The position numbers were made by a program, and so were the translations under genes. A stretch of DNA of 64,000 nt from IMG/VR virus record IMGVR_UViG_3300021440_000014, positions 32,001-96,000 of that record; one strand, given 5' to 3'. Origin of the DNA: a virus. Under the pieces are notes generated by a model. That model made no database searches. It had not been told where the DNA came from and saw only the letters and a program-made list of their open reading frames with translations. Of this stretch, positions 39,194-48,465 are shown piece by piece. Within the stretch, counting starts at the first letter, position 1. Every line of letters starts with the position of its first letter.

Positions 39194-40331
39194 TTAAAAT
39201 CTCGTTTTCAGTTATTCCTACTATTCTTGATTTTAGCTCATCCATCGTCATGAACTCACTAATAGTTTTTTTAACTCCTTCTTGTCTTTTCTGTGCAAGC
39301 TTAATTAATTTTACCCTACTCTCTTCCTGTTTTGCTAATTCTACCAAGTTTAATATGCTTGCTTGACCCTCTTTGCCTTTTCCTTCTTTTTCGCTTCTTT
39401 TCATTTTGAGCGAATCAAGAAGTTTCTGTTGCCTAGAAATACATGCGTTATATTCAGACTGAGTTTTGCCAATAGCCTCAACCCAACTCATAGATATAGA
39501 CTTATCTTCGTTATTAGTTGCGTCATCCAGTTTATTATTCAGTAACTCAAGTCTTCTCTGAATACTCGCCGCTATAACTACTTCAGTTGCAAGAACGGTA
39601 TATTGATCTACCTCTTCCTGAGCTAAATCGAATTTATCATAAGTGTATCTTAAAAAAGTGCTCTCAAATAAATCTCTATCTTTCTGGCTCGAATAACTAT
39701 TTATCTGTTGCAGGAACCTAAAGTTATTCATGTAGCCCAAAAGAGAATTTATATCTTTCTTCTGTTTTCCCGTTAGCGAGCTTTTATCTATTCCATGAAA
39801 AATGTATTTATTTATTCTAGTCAGCACCCCTTCTGGAGTTCTCGGGGCACTGTAATCCCCTTCTGGGGTATTTTCGTCTATGTTAAGGAAGGACTCTGGA
39901 AATGTTTGTCTAGCATAGCTGGCAACAGTCCTAGTCTCTGTATCTAAATTCGTTAGTGCTCTTTTATTGAAAAGAATCTTCGCAATCTCTAATGAGTTAA
40001 GTGCTTTTTCGTCTAACGGGTGAGCGGCTTTATGATTATTATCAATAAAGTCTTTTTGTTCCTGAGTTAACTCTATTAAACCTTTTGGTTTATATTTACT
40101 TTTAGGTAAATCTACTCCAGAGCTAGATAATTTCTTTTTTATTGCCCTGCCTTCTTTGCTTCTTCCATCCAAATCTTTTCTTCCAAAAGCTATCTCTATT
40201 AGCTCAGGTATGGATGGAGGATTTTCTTTTCTAGAATTCCATTCTCTAGCTACGGCTTGCCATTGCAAATCAGTAAGAACTATTTCCTCTTCTAAGGCAT
40301 TATTAAAACCTTGTTCATTTGGCTCAATCAT
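39186..40331 (-). CDS. Hypothetical helical protein (possible small terminase)
   Basis: HTH-like N-terminus and coiled-coil C-terminus; upstream of terL; synteny only. Confidence 0.4.
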   Translation of the reverse strand: MIEPNEQGFNNALEEEIVLTDLQWQAVAREWNSRKENPPSIPELIEIAFGRKDLDGRSKEGRAIKKKLSSSGVDLPKSKYKPKGLIELTQEQKDFIDNNHKAAHPLDEKALNSLEIAKILFNKRALTNLDTETRTVASYARQTFPESFLNIDENTPEGDYSAPRTPEGVLTRINKYIFHGIDKSSLTGKQKKDINSLLGYMNNFRFLQQINSYSSQKDRDLFESTFLRYTYDKFDLAQEEVDQYTVLATEVVIAASIQRRLELLNNKLDDATNNEDKSISMSWVEAIGKTQSEYNACISRQQKLLDSLKMKRSEKEGKGKEGQASILNLVELAKQEESRVKLIKLAQKRQEGVKKTISEFMTMDELKSRIVGITENEILNG

Positions 40332-41038
40332 ACTATGTCAATCTCCCCATCTTTCAGACATTTTTTAACCTTGTCTATAATTTTCTTTTGTATGTTTTTA
40401 AGTTGCTTATAGCCGGGGCTTCTTCCTTTTTCCGTGGTCTTATACCCCATTAACTTAGCAGTCTCGTCTTCTGTCTTATGATGTATATAAAGATATTCGT
40501 AAACTTTATACTCAGAGGCTTTAAGAACTGTTTTCATTTTAGCATGAATGTTCTGAGCCGTTTTTTCTACATCTATAGCTTCTTGAGGCTTATCAAAAAC
40601 TTCCTGAGAGTGAAGTTCTAATGAAACTGGAAGTTTTGTTTCGTAAGCATTCTTTTTGGATTTTTCCCAATTGCTAAAAGCAGGACAATTGCTGCATTGC
40701 TTTTCATAAATTTTGCATCCATCCTCACCTTCAGCGGCTTCGCACTTCAAACATGGTCTACAATAGTTACCATAATTATTACGAATTATGTTTTTAATTT
40801 GGTTAGATATGGCTCTATTGACCCAAGGACCAAGGGGTCTTTGAGGGTCATATAAGTGCCACTTTTTACAAAGGTGAATTCTAAGAATTTGAGAAACATC
40901 ATCAAAATCAAACCAAGGAAGAATGGATAATGTCCATTTACTTTTCCTTTTACTGATTTCTTTGTTTATAAATTCTAAATTACCCTCAAACGTGTTACTT
41001 TTTTGGTCTAAGTGATCCGGCTTCTTGTCTATACTCAT
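40328..41038 (-). CDS. Phage sigma70-family factor with Cys-rich insertion
   Basis: Region-2-like DDVSQ...KKWHLYD...WVNRAISNQIKNIIR; region-4-like LKASEYKVY...TEDETAKLMGY. Confidence 0.7.
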   Translation of the reverse strand: MSIDKKPDHLDQKSNTFEGNLEFINKEISKRKSKWTLSILPWFDFDDVSQILRIHLCKKWHLYDPQRPLGPWVNRAISNQIKNIIRNNYGNYCRPCLKCEAAEGEDGCKIYEKQCSNCPAFSNWEKSKKNAYETKLPVSLELHSQEVFDKPQEAIDVEKTAQNIHAKMKTVLKASEYKVYEYLYIHHKTEDETAKLMGYKTTEKGRSPGYKQLKNIQKKIIDKVKKCLKDGEIDIV

Positions 41039-41441
41039 TTAAAATTTGTTTTTTATTGATTTTAATCTTTGTAGAAGGAGATACGGGAGACGGAGTTCCT
41101 CCACCTGAAGAAGCCAAAGCTCCTACAGTAAGTTTATTCTCTTTTGGCATGGTTATCTCTACGCTAAGTCCATTTATCTCTGGAACAGTTTCTATAATAT
41201 CATCTGTCCCAGATACTTCATCATCCTCATCATCTATATCGTCCGCAATTACTCTTTGCGGAGGTCTTTTCAGGGTAGGTTTAGGGATGTTCCTACTAAA
41301 GGAAGGTTTTGGCTGAGTTTGTTGAGGTTCCTCAGTTGTTTTAGCATTCGATGTCAGGTTAGAAAATGGTTTCCCACACCCCATGCAAAAATTAGCAAGT
41401 AACTCATTAGGTTTACCACATACACAATATTTCTTTGACAT
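40995..41441 (-). CDS. Zinc-ribbon protein
   Basis: CxCG...FCxxCG at the N-terminus. Confidence 0.65.
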   Translation of the reverse strand: MSKKYCVCGKPNELLANFCMGCGKPFSNLTSNAKTTEEPQQTQPKPSFSRNIPKPTLKRPPQRVIADDIDDEDDEVSGTDDIIETVPEINGLSVEITMPKENKLTVGALASSGGGTPSPVSPSTKIKINKKQILNEYRQEAGSLRPKK

Positions 41442-41506
41442 AGCTCTATATTTAATTATAGATTACACTTTTCAAAAATCTAATATATAATCGTGTAAAA
41501 CAGGTA

Positions 41507-41824
41507 ATGAAGCCATTTTTAGAATATAAAAATGCAGAAGGGGTAAAATACGCAATGTATTTTAAGAAACCTACTATCGTAAAATATAAAAATAAGAAAA
41601 GGATAGTTACTGAATTAGATGGTAGCTGCGAGTCTCCAGATTGCAAAAATCCAGAAATAAATATAAATAAAAAGCTAGGAGACAGAAGGGAAATGGCAGT
41701 AATAATTGAAGAGATAGTCCATTCTTTCTTTTTTGATAAACTCGAAAAAGAAGTAAGACCTTTGGCTAGTGTAATAACCAAGGTCTTATACAAAAAAGGA
41801 TGGAGAAAAAAGAAACTTAAGTAA
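41507..41824 (+). CDS. Hypothetical protein, minimal zincin-like
   Basis: GxC...I.I..KL...IIEEIVH (degenerate HExxH); + strand GTGTAA at 41493-41498. Confidence 0.5.
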   Translation: MKPFLEYKNAEGVKYAMYFKKPTIVKYKNKKRIVTELDGSCESPDCKNPEININKKLGDRREMAVIIEEIVHSFFFDKLEKEVRPLASVITKVLYKKGWRKKKLK

Positions 41825-42539
41825 GTGGAGTATTATTTAATTTACCTACTATAAATTTAACGATTTCACTTCTTACAATATCTTCCTGTTCTAACTTAAA
41901 GCAGAATATACCGTTTTTACGACTCTCTTCATCATTAAAAAGATTTATCATTTTAAAGAATCCAGATTTTCCATTGATATCAGATTGGAAACTGTCTCCG
42001 CAGACTATAAGTTTAGAGAACTTTCCTATTCTTGTTAAAAGAGTAACAAGTTCTTTATATTCGAAGTTTTGAGCCTCGTCCGCAAACAAATAATTCGCAT
42101 TAAAGCTGCACCCTCTAAGATAGTTAACAGGTATAGCTCTAACTCTTTCATCTTTAATTAAACCATCCACTTCTCCCTTTGATAAAAACTCGTCTAGCTT
42201 TTCCTGTAAAGGAGTAATAAAAGGTTTAAACTTATCACAGAATTCGCCGGGGAGATAACCCAATCCTTTTGCGGCACTTTCAATGACAGTTCTAAAGTAG
42301 ATGATTTCTGATATCTTTTTATCAGAAAGCATTTGTAGCCCACAATACGTAGATAAGAAAGTCTTGCTTGTGCCCGCGACTCCATCAATAAATACAACTT
42401 TAGTATCCTTATCTAAAATGCATTTTATTATTTCTTGCTGTTTTGAAGTCCAGTCGTAGAGTTTCCTTATGGTGAGTGATGTTTTAAGTTTGTCCCTTTG
42501 CGGGATTCTTACATTTCCAGAAGCGTCTTTTTTAGACAT
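41817..42539 (-). CDS. phoH: PhoH-family ATPase (start revised to ATG 42539)
   Basis: GVAGTSKT, LGYLPG, YLRG, DEAQN, LLTRIG, GDSFQSD, DIVRS. Confidence 0.95.
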   Translation of the reverse strand: MSKKDASGNVRIPQRDKLKTSLTIRKLYDWTSKQQEIIKCILDKDTKVVFIDGVAGTSKTFLSTYCGLQMLSDKKISEIIYFRTVIESAAKGLGYLPGEFCDKFKPFITPLQEKLDEFLSKGEVDGLIKDERVRAIPVNYLRGCSFNANYLFADEAQNFEYKELVTLLTRIGKFSKLIVCGDSFQSDINGKSGFFKMINLFNDEESRKNGIFCFKLEQEDIVRSEIVKFIVGKLNNTPLT

Positions 42540-42552
42540 ATCTATTAATATA

Positions 42553-42978
42553 TTACACCCTATCCTCTTGGTTTTCAATTCTTTTTTGACTGTCGCCGGG
42601 AAGAACCCTATAGGAGTCCTCATCAAAATGTTGAGTGGAAAATTCAGCAATTATTCCATAATCTTTACTTCCAGTGTCTAAACATTCCAATTGATGCGGG
42701 CATCCAACAGGAATATCTACAACATCTCCATCATAAATTATTTTCTCTTTTTTCTCTGCCGTATCTGTATCTAAATAGTATAATCTAAACTTTCCATTGA
42801 TAACGTAGAATGTCTCAGATTTTAATACATGAAAATGTAAAGAGAATTTTGCTCCCTTTTTGAAATTCAATATTTTACCGCAATAGGATTCATTATTCTC
42901 TATCCAAATTTCGTTACCCCATTCTTTAGGAACAACTTTTCTCGGGAGTCTTACAGAGCATTTTTTATGTATTTCCAT
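42553..42978 (-). CDS. Cupin (sugar isomerase-like)
   Basis: VPKEWGNE, SLHFHVLKSETFYV, PHQL and EFST motifs of D-lyxose/mannose-6-P isomerase-type cupins. Confidence 0.8.
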   Translation of the reverse strand: MEIHKKCSVRLPRKVVPKEWGNEIWIENNESYCGKILNFKKGAKFSLHFHVLKSETFYVINGKFRLYYLDTDTAEKKEKIIYDGDVVDIPVGCPHQLECLDTGSKDYGIIAEFSTQHFDEDSYRVLPGDSQKRIENQEDRV

Positions 42979-43247
42979 ATTCTATTATTTTCTTTACTTT
43001 TTTAATTTCAATTTTATTTTCTGATATTAATTTCTCAACATACTGTCTTATTTCAGAGTGCGGTATAAAGATTTTCGGCTGATCAACCTCTACTTGAGTT
43101 TTTCTTTTATTATTTAAATTAAAAATACCCAATTCTATACTCCAAACAGTGTCATCTATAGCGTCTTCCTTATTTAAATGTAAAGTATTCTCGAAAAAAT
43201 GTTCTACAGTTTTCCCATTAAAAACAACTATATAATATTCACCCTCT

Positions 43248-43535
43248 TTATTCTTGGGGTTTTGGTTCGGGAACAACTTGTTCAGTTGGTTTGTTATTAG
43301 CTCCTGCGGCGAATTTCCGCTTGTAGGCAAGGACTTTTCTTCTGTTTCTTTGTTGCCATTTTTTAACTTTTGGGATAATGTCTTGTTTTTTTTCGTCATA
43401 TCTTTTTTTGGCTCTTTTGTCGTCGCAGCTTTTGCACGTATATTTAAGACCATCTTTATTTTTACTTTGCTTTCTAAAGTGGTCGTGCGGCAAATCCTGA
43501 TTACAAGTAGTGCATCTTTTAAGTATGCTGCTCAT
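43248..43535 (-). CDS. Small zinc-finger protein (CxxC...CKxC, as in HNH N-termini)
   Basis: KRCTTC...F...KDGL...CKSC; no HNH catalytic part. Confidence 0.6.
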   Translation of the reverse strand: MSSILKRCTTCNQDLPHDHFRKQSKNKDGLKYTCKSCDDKRAKKRYDEKKQDIIPKVKKWQQRNRRKVLAYKRKFAAGANNKPTEQVVPEPKPQE

Positions 43536-43613
43536 ATTTTATTATATTAAATAAAAGCATCTTTTTAAAAAATAACCTCTTGATTATCAATAGACCTTTT
43601 GTATAATAGAAAA

Positions 43614-44744
43614 ATGGATAATCGAAAGAACGTATCAGATAGCATAAACTGGATAGATTATAGGCATTTAAGGCAGGATGTAGAATTCTATTTCCTTAAT
43701 GAATTTGGTCGGATACCTAAAATAGTTCGAGCACTCCACCTATACGATTCTAGAGTAGGAGAGATAGAAGATTTAATTAAAGAGATTAAAAATGAAGAAA
43801 TCATTTTTAGCCATGAAATAGAAGGCAAATTTATATTTAAAAAAAATGAGAAAACTCCAAAACTGGATCGTTCTTATATAATTTTTAATGTAGACGAACG
43901 CAAGATGGCTAAAATAGTATTAGGATCAAATGGTTCAATATCTATATATATGTGCGGCGACTCAGAAAATGTTATAGATGATTTCCTAAAGAAAATAGAG
44001 AAGATTGTCCTGAAGCAAAGCAAAAAGAATAAAGATAGTGAAGAGCAAAAGATTTTTATTGCATGTATGGAATATGGGGAAATGACTTTTAAGGAATTCC
44101 CGCTAAAACAAGTAAAAATAAATCTAGAAACAAATTACGGAAAAAACTTTAAAGAAGTCCATGAAGAAATAATAAACAAACTTTCAAATAATGAAAGCGG
44201 TTTATTTATATTTAGGGGAGATCCCGGCTCAGGAAAAAGCTCTTACATAAAATATCTAACTTCTATTCCGTCAATTTCCGACAGAAATTTTATATTTATA
44301 CCTTCCAGCATGGTGGCTAGTATGGCCGATCCTAGTTTTATAGCATTATTATCTCAGCAAAAGGGAAGAGTCCTAATTATAGAGGATGCGGAAAAGATAA
44401 TTACTTCTCGCGAGGCGAATGTTGGTAACTCGGACTTGGTTTCGACTATTATTAATTTAACTGATGGCATTTTAAGCTCGGCACTAGGTATAAGCGTTAT
44501 CCTTACCTTCAATACAGGAAAGGAAAACATAGATCCCGCCCTACTTAGGAAAGGAAGACTTTTAGTTGACCACGACTTTAGAAAACTCACCAAGGAAGAG
44601 GCGCAGCTAGTAATGGACGACTTAAAAATCGACGCCAAAGCAGAAGACGAAATGACGCTTGCGGAAATATACAATTTAGACAAGAAAGATTATAGAAAAA
44701 ATTTCGCCAAGGAACAGAAAGGGCCAATAGGATTTAAACCATGA
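43614..44744 (+). CDS. AAA+ ATPase
   Basis: GDPGSGKS, LIIED, TFN sensor, IDPALLRKGR, C-terminal IGF; promoter TTGATT-16-TATAAT ends 6 nt before the ATG. Confidence 0.92.
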   Translation: MDNRKNVSDSINWIDYRHLRQDVEFYFLNEFGRIPKIVRALHLYDSRVGEIEDLIKEIKNEEIIFSHEIEGKFIFKKNEKTPKLDRSYIIFNVDERKMAKIVLGSNGSISIYMCGDSENVIDDFLKKIEKIVLKQSKKNKDSEEQKIFIACMEYGEMTFKEFPLKQVKINLETNYGKNFKEVHEEIINKLSNNESGLFIFRGDPGSGKSSYIKYLTSIPSISDRNFIFIPSSMVASMADPSFIALLSQQKGRVLIIEDAEKIITSREANVGNSDLVSTIINLTDGILSSALGISVILTFNTGKENIDPALLRKGRLLVDHDFRKLTKEEAQLVMDDLKIDAKAEDEMTLAEIYNLDKKDYRKNFAKEQKGPIGFKP

Positions 44745-44986
44745 AAATAAAAACATTAATAAAGAAACTGCAAAAGATGAACCCAGAAATGGAGGTATTA
44801 TGCTCCTCTGATATGGAAGGAAACAATATAGGGCCATTACATGTATTAACTCTAGCCAAATATAGAAAAAACAAAAGAGATGAATTTGATTCTTTTGGAA
44901 GAAATATAGAGTTATTTGATGTAGAGGACAATGAAGAATACGCAAAAGGCGCAAAGGATTGTGTCGTTATGTGGCCCAACATGTAG
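44741..44986 (+). CDS. Hypothetical protein
   Basis: MKIKTLIKKLQKMNPEMEV N-terminus is common in small phage proteins. Confidence 0.7.
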   Translation: MKIKTLIKKLQKMNPEMEVLCSSDMEGNNIGPLHVLTLAKYRKNKRDEFDSFGRNIELFDVEDNEEYAKGAKDCVVMWPNM

Positions 44987-45124
44987 TAAATAAATAATTA
45001 TAGAATATTATTGTTTATTATAAATTATATCTTAAAAAGACCCCCCCCATATAAGGAATATAGGTATTACAAGATAAGTAATATCTGTATTTCTTATTTT
45101 TATATATCTATATTTTTATGTATA

Positions 45125-45337
45125 GATTTTTGAAACTTTAAAGAGAAAAACAAGTAAGGATAGTATACAAAATACAAACAATATATTTATATTTTGTTTT
45201 AAAAATTGATTGGATTTTTGAAACTTTATTGTTTACAAAAAACAGTATGAAATAGGAATAAAGGTATAAAGACAGTAATAGAAAGGTATGTTATAGTGTC
45301 GTTTATAGTGTTGTAGTGTGGATAGATTTTTGAAACT
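45125..45337 (+). repeat. Three direct repeats GATTTTTGAAACT in an AT-rich non-coding region
   Basis: Exact copies at 45125, 45213 and 45325. Confidence 0.85.
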
Positions 45338-45459
45338 ATGTTGGTTTAAAATCTCGGGGACGTTTAGAACTACCCCCTCCCCCGAATTTTTCACCCCTTG
45401 TCAAGCAAAAAATTTCATAAAAAGGCGGGGGGACTCCCCCCCCGTTGGCATACTTTCTG

Positions 45460-45702
45460 CTAGGCGATGTCCGCCATGTCTAGGATAGCGTCTTCCCGCA
45501 TTTCCCGTGCCAACCGCTCGGCTTTTTTCTCAAGTTTCTTTTGGTTGTCGCGCACCCATTGGCACGCTTCTTGCTTGTCGCATCCTTCAAAGTCGGCAAC
45601 CGAAAATTGCCAACCGTTCACTTCACACGCGAAAGCCTCTATCTCAATTGCGACTTGCTTATCGTCCGCGCCGATGTTCGTTTCAATGAAGATGTTCAAC
45701 AT
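45460..45702 (-). CDS. Hypothetical early protein
   Basis: TTGACG...TAGAGT promoter ends 6 nt before the ATG. Confidence 0.7.
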   Translation of the reverse strand: MLNIFIETNIGADDKQVAIEIEAFACEVNGWQFSVADFEGCDKQEACQWVRDNQKKLEKKAERLAREMREDAILDMADIA

Positions 45703-45905
45703 GGAATGACTCTATCACATAAAATCAATTCGTCAACAAATGAATTTACCTGATTATCAAGCACTTACGTATAATGTGCTAAATTTCGTTTCAAGCGTTC
45801 GGCAATGCCGATCCTTGTCTCATTAGGCAATGCGGGCAAACGTGCCTAGAAACTAAAGGGAGCGGGCAAGGCTAGGCAATGCCTAACCTGCCCACACTCC
45901 ACGAT

Positions 45906-46310
45906 CTACCCTCTGCAAAGGTGGGCGATGTCGCTATTTTCCCAATTAGGCGACGACGGGCGGATCTCCTTAGCTTTAGGAACAAGGGCAACAAGGGAGG
46001 GGATCGCATCCTCCCGCACTAAGGGCAGGATTTGTTTCCAGTAGCGTGGAGCTTTCCTCAAAACGATTTGATTCATCTTAGTAGAGAAGAATCCCTTGCG
46101 CTCAATACGTTGTGCAAATGACGTTAGGATCTCGGCATCGCATCCAGTGAAGCCGATTCCATTAGCGTCGGACGTGATCGCCGCACATTGCTCGCCTAGC
46201 GTTTGATTGCCATACACGATCAAGATCGCCATTTTAGCGAACGCCAGATCGGTGGACAATTTAAGTTTCAAACCCTGTTCGACTTGCTTTTTCGTATATG
46301 CTTTTGCCAT
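45906..46310 (-). CDS. Hypothetical phage protein
   Basis: VYGNQT..EQ...NGIGFTGCDA..LTSFA pattern; followed by a hairpin. Confidence 0.75.
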   Translation of the reverse strand: MAKAYTKKQVEQGLKLKLSTDLAFAKMAILIVYGNQTLGEQCAAITSDANGIGFTGCDAEILTSFAQRIERKGFFSTKMNQIVLRKAPRYWKQILPLVREDAIPSLVALVPKAKEIRPSSPNWENSDIAHLCRG

Positions 46311-46399
46311 AGTCCAGACAATTTATATGCGGAAATAAAATTAGGCAAGAAATTTTTTACGTTTCATGCCTAACTTGTTGATTTACAGGATAATAAAAA

Positions 46400-46780
46400 T
46401 CATCCCCAGCTTAATCCTTCAGACACGAAAACGAGCAAACGCAGGGTTGCCGCGTCCTTTGGATCACGTTGATTGTTAAAATGTTGACGCAAGATTTCAA
46501 CGCATTTCTCAAAGTCATTGCATGATCCGCTCACAGGGTCAAACCCCATACGTTGCAACGTGTTGCAAACTGTCTTGCCCCACCCATTCAAAAGAAAGTT
46601 GTCCAGATTGCCAAGGTTGCCATCGATGTTGCCATAGATAGCGTTATACTCATCCTCACCATAAGGATCGTTAAATTGCGCTTTGATAGCGTTTAGCTTG
46701 TTAGTCGTGCCCATAGGGACGCCCGCAAGGGTTTCGAGGTTGTTGGTTTTGCTAGTAGCAGGATAGAGGCGCGTTCCCAT
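46400..46780 (-). CDS. Hypothetical early protein (MGTRLYP...)
   Basis: A-rich leader (AACAAACAAACAAAAC) precedes the internal ATG. Confidence 0.65.
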   Translation of the reverse strand: MGTRLYPATSKTNNLETLAGVPMGTTNKLNAIKAQFNDPYGEDEYNAIYGNIDGNLGNLDNFLLNGWGKTVCNTLQRMGFDPVSGSCNDFEKCVEILRQHFNNQRDPKDAATLRLLVFVSEGLSWG

Positions 46781-46870
46781 AGTGTTTTGTTTGTTTGTTG
46801 TTTCTATTAACTGCAATCAATTTATCAGATCACAAAAGAAACGCAATCCTTTTCTCTCTTTTTCTCAAAA

Positions 46871-46920
46871 TAAATTTTTATGCCATCTAAATAATTATTC
46901 TTACTTGGCACAATACTAGC
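46871..46920. promoter_or_regulatory. TGCCA-N20-TGGCA palindrome 1 (sigma54-like half-sites)
   Basis: TGCCA 46881, TGGCA 46906; right half TTGGCACAATACTAGC is GG-N10-GC. Confidence 0.7.
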
Positions 46921-47102
46921 GTAGCGTGTCCTCCCCTTTAGGGTGTCCCGTGGTCCCCCACCCTTCGCGTGTTACCGCTAGTCCGGCTATTCGTGTCGCC
47001 GCCACGTATGATTTAATTTTTACTGTCGATAGACTAGCAAGGGAAAAGAAAAAAGGCAAGAGAATTTTTCAATTCAATTGCCTTGAATACCAACGGGTTG
47101 CG

Positions 47103-47336
47103 TTAATTCGCGAATGGGTCGATAGTTATAATGTTTTTATTCGTATCTAATTGCCAAGCACCAAACAAACCCCAATTGATCAATTCTTGACAAAAGCAAG
47201 AAACAAGATCTTGAGCGCAACTGTCGTCTCGAAAAGTTACGATCACTGTCTTGCGGTGAATCAAGTCGATATCCAGACCAACTTTGTAAATTTCGGCCAA
47301 TCGTTTTGTTTGCCAAAGTGCTTCGATTAAGTTCAT
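47103..47336 (-). CDS. Hypothetical early protein
   Basis: TTGACT...TAGTAT promoter just upstream. Confidence 0.6.
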   Translation of the reverse strand: MNLIEALWQTKRLAEIYKVGLDIDLIHRKTVIVTFRDDSCAQDLVSCFCQELINWGLFGAWQLDTNKNIITIDPFAN

Positions 47337-47395
47337 GGCAAGACAATACTAGAGGCGAAAAACAAAGTCAAAACTTTTCTCACTTTTTTCTAAAA

Positions 47396-47445
47396 TAAAA
47401 ATTCATGCCAAGCACGAAATAAATCGCACTTGGCACGAAAATTGT
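47396..47445. promoter_or_regulatory. TGCCA-N20-TGGCA palindrome 2
   Basis: TGCCA 47406, TGGCA 47431. Confidence 0.7.
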
Positions 47446-47853
47446 TTAGCTGTGGAAATAGGAAAAGATCTCAATTTTTCCGCTTTCCATGACATACCAT
47501 GACCAAAAAAGAAAAACTCCAGATCCGCAGTTTATATTCTGCGAACCATTCTTTTGATTGCCCTCAAAAATTTGATCGTAGAATCCAGCCGAGCTAAGTC
47601 CGGCATCGTTCAAAACTTTTGAGATCTTTTCAATGAATTGTTCCGTTGAATCGAAGTAGATCGGGTCGGTAATTTCCGCCAAGCTTTTATTCAAGCGGCG
47701 AACAAGGATCGAAAGCGTGGACACCTGCTGACATTTGATACGCTGAAGAATGCCGTTGCACACTTCCGAAGTTTGAGGCTTTGAATAAATCATATCGGCC
47801 AATGCCGCGCTGATGGTTGAAATCTCTTTTGCGCTCAATTGAATGTTTAACAT
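47446..47853 (-). CDS. Hypothetical early protein
   Basis: 135-aa ORF ending SWYVMESGKIEIFSY. Confidence 0.7.
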   Translation of the reverse strand: MLNIQLSAKEISTISAALADMIYSKPQTSEVCNGILQRIKCQQVSTLSILVRRLNKSLAEITDPIYFDSTEQFIEKISKVLNDAGLSSAGFYDQIFEGNQKNGSQNINCGSGVFLFWSWYVMESGKIEIFSYFHS

Positions 47854-47987
47854 GTGCTCAATTTATCAAGGGCCAATTAAAAAAGCAACGATAGAATTTT
47901 GTAAAAAATCGCATTAAATTAAAAGTTGGCGCGAAAATTGTTTTAAAAAATTGTTGACTTGCGCTCCCTTTGTGTTAATCTTAGCGC

Positions 47988-48059
47988 GTGAACGGGACGC
48001 CGCAGCCACTAAATTCTAAGGGAACCTGATCAAAAACTTTAACGTTATCGTAAAAAAGT
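47988..48059 (+). ncRNA. Repeated small RNA candidate, copy 1
   Basis: TTGACT-16-TAATCT promoter, then GAACGG..CCGCAGCC..AAATTCTAAGGGAACC..CTTTAACG. Confidence 0.6.
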
Positions 48060-48098
48060 AAAGGAAAACCCTCTTTCGAGGGAATTCCTGCTTGACTT

Positions 48099-48248
48099 TT
48101 AAGTTGTGACAAGATCCTGTTCGGTGAAAAACTTTTCAGCCTGTTGATCGAGCCACGCCTCGAATTCCGTTGTTTCTTCCGGCGTCATTTTTGCCAGCGT
48201 GGAGATTTCGTCTTGAGCGTCGATAGATTCAAATTGATTGATATTCAT
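48099..48248 (-). CDS. Small acidic protein (49 aa)
   Basis: Hand translation MNINQFESIDAQDEISTLAKMTPEETTEFEAWLDQQAEKFFTEQDLVTT. Confidence 0.6.
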   Translation of the reverse strand: MNINQFESIDAQDEISTLAKMTPEETTEFEAWLDQQAEKFFTEQDLVTT

Positions 48249-48310
48249 TACGGGTAAAATTTAACGTGCCCATAATAGAATAGCAATAAAAATCGTATTT
48301 TATCATAAAA

Positions 48311-48360
48311 TAAATTTTCATGCCATTCTATAAATAAAAATGACTTGGCACAAAGATTGC
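48311..48360. promoter_or_regulatory. TGCCA-N20-TGGCA palindrome 3
   Basis: TGCCA 48321, TGGCA 48346; TTGGCACAAAGATTGC is a near-perfect sigma54 -24/-12 site. Confidence 0.75.
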
Positions 48361-48465
48361 TATCAAAAATAGTTTCAAAAATAATCAAAAAACTCTTGCG
48401 CTCCTTTTGTGATCTGCTAGGATGTTCTCCGTTAAGCGAAACAACAACAAAGCAAAACAAAAAAA

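Noticed and set aside
42965-43453. 162-aa ORF overlapping 43248..43535; possible +1 frameshift fusion at AAA CCC C
   Set aside because: The 3' half is probably coding, but neither the start nor a frameshift can be supported from sequence alone.
47988-48029. GTG-started micro-ORFs in sRNA copies 1 and 2
   Set aside because: Frames differ between copies, and copies 3 and 4 lack the start.
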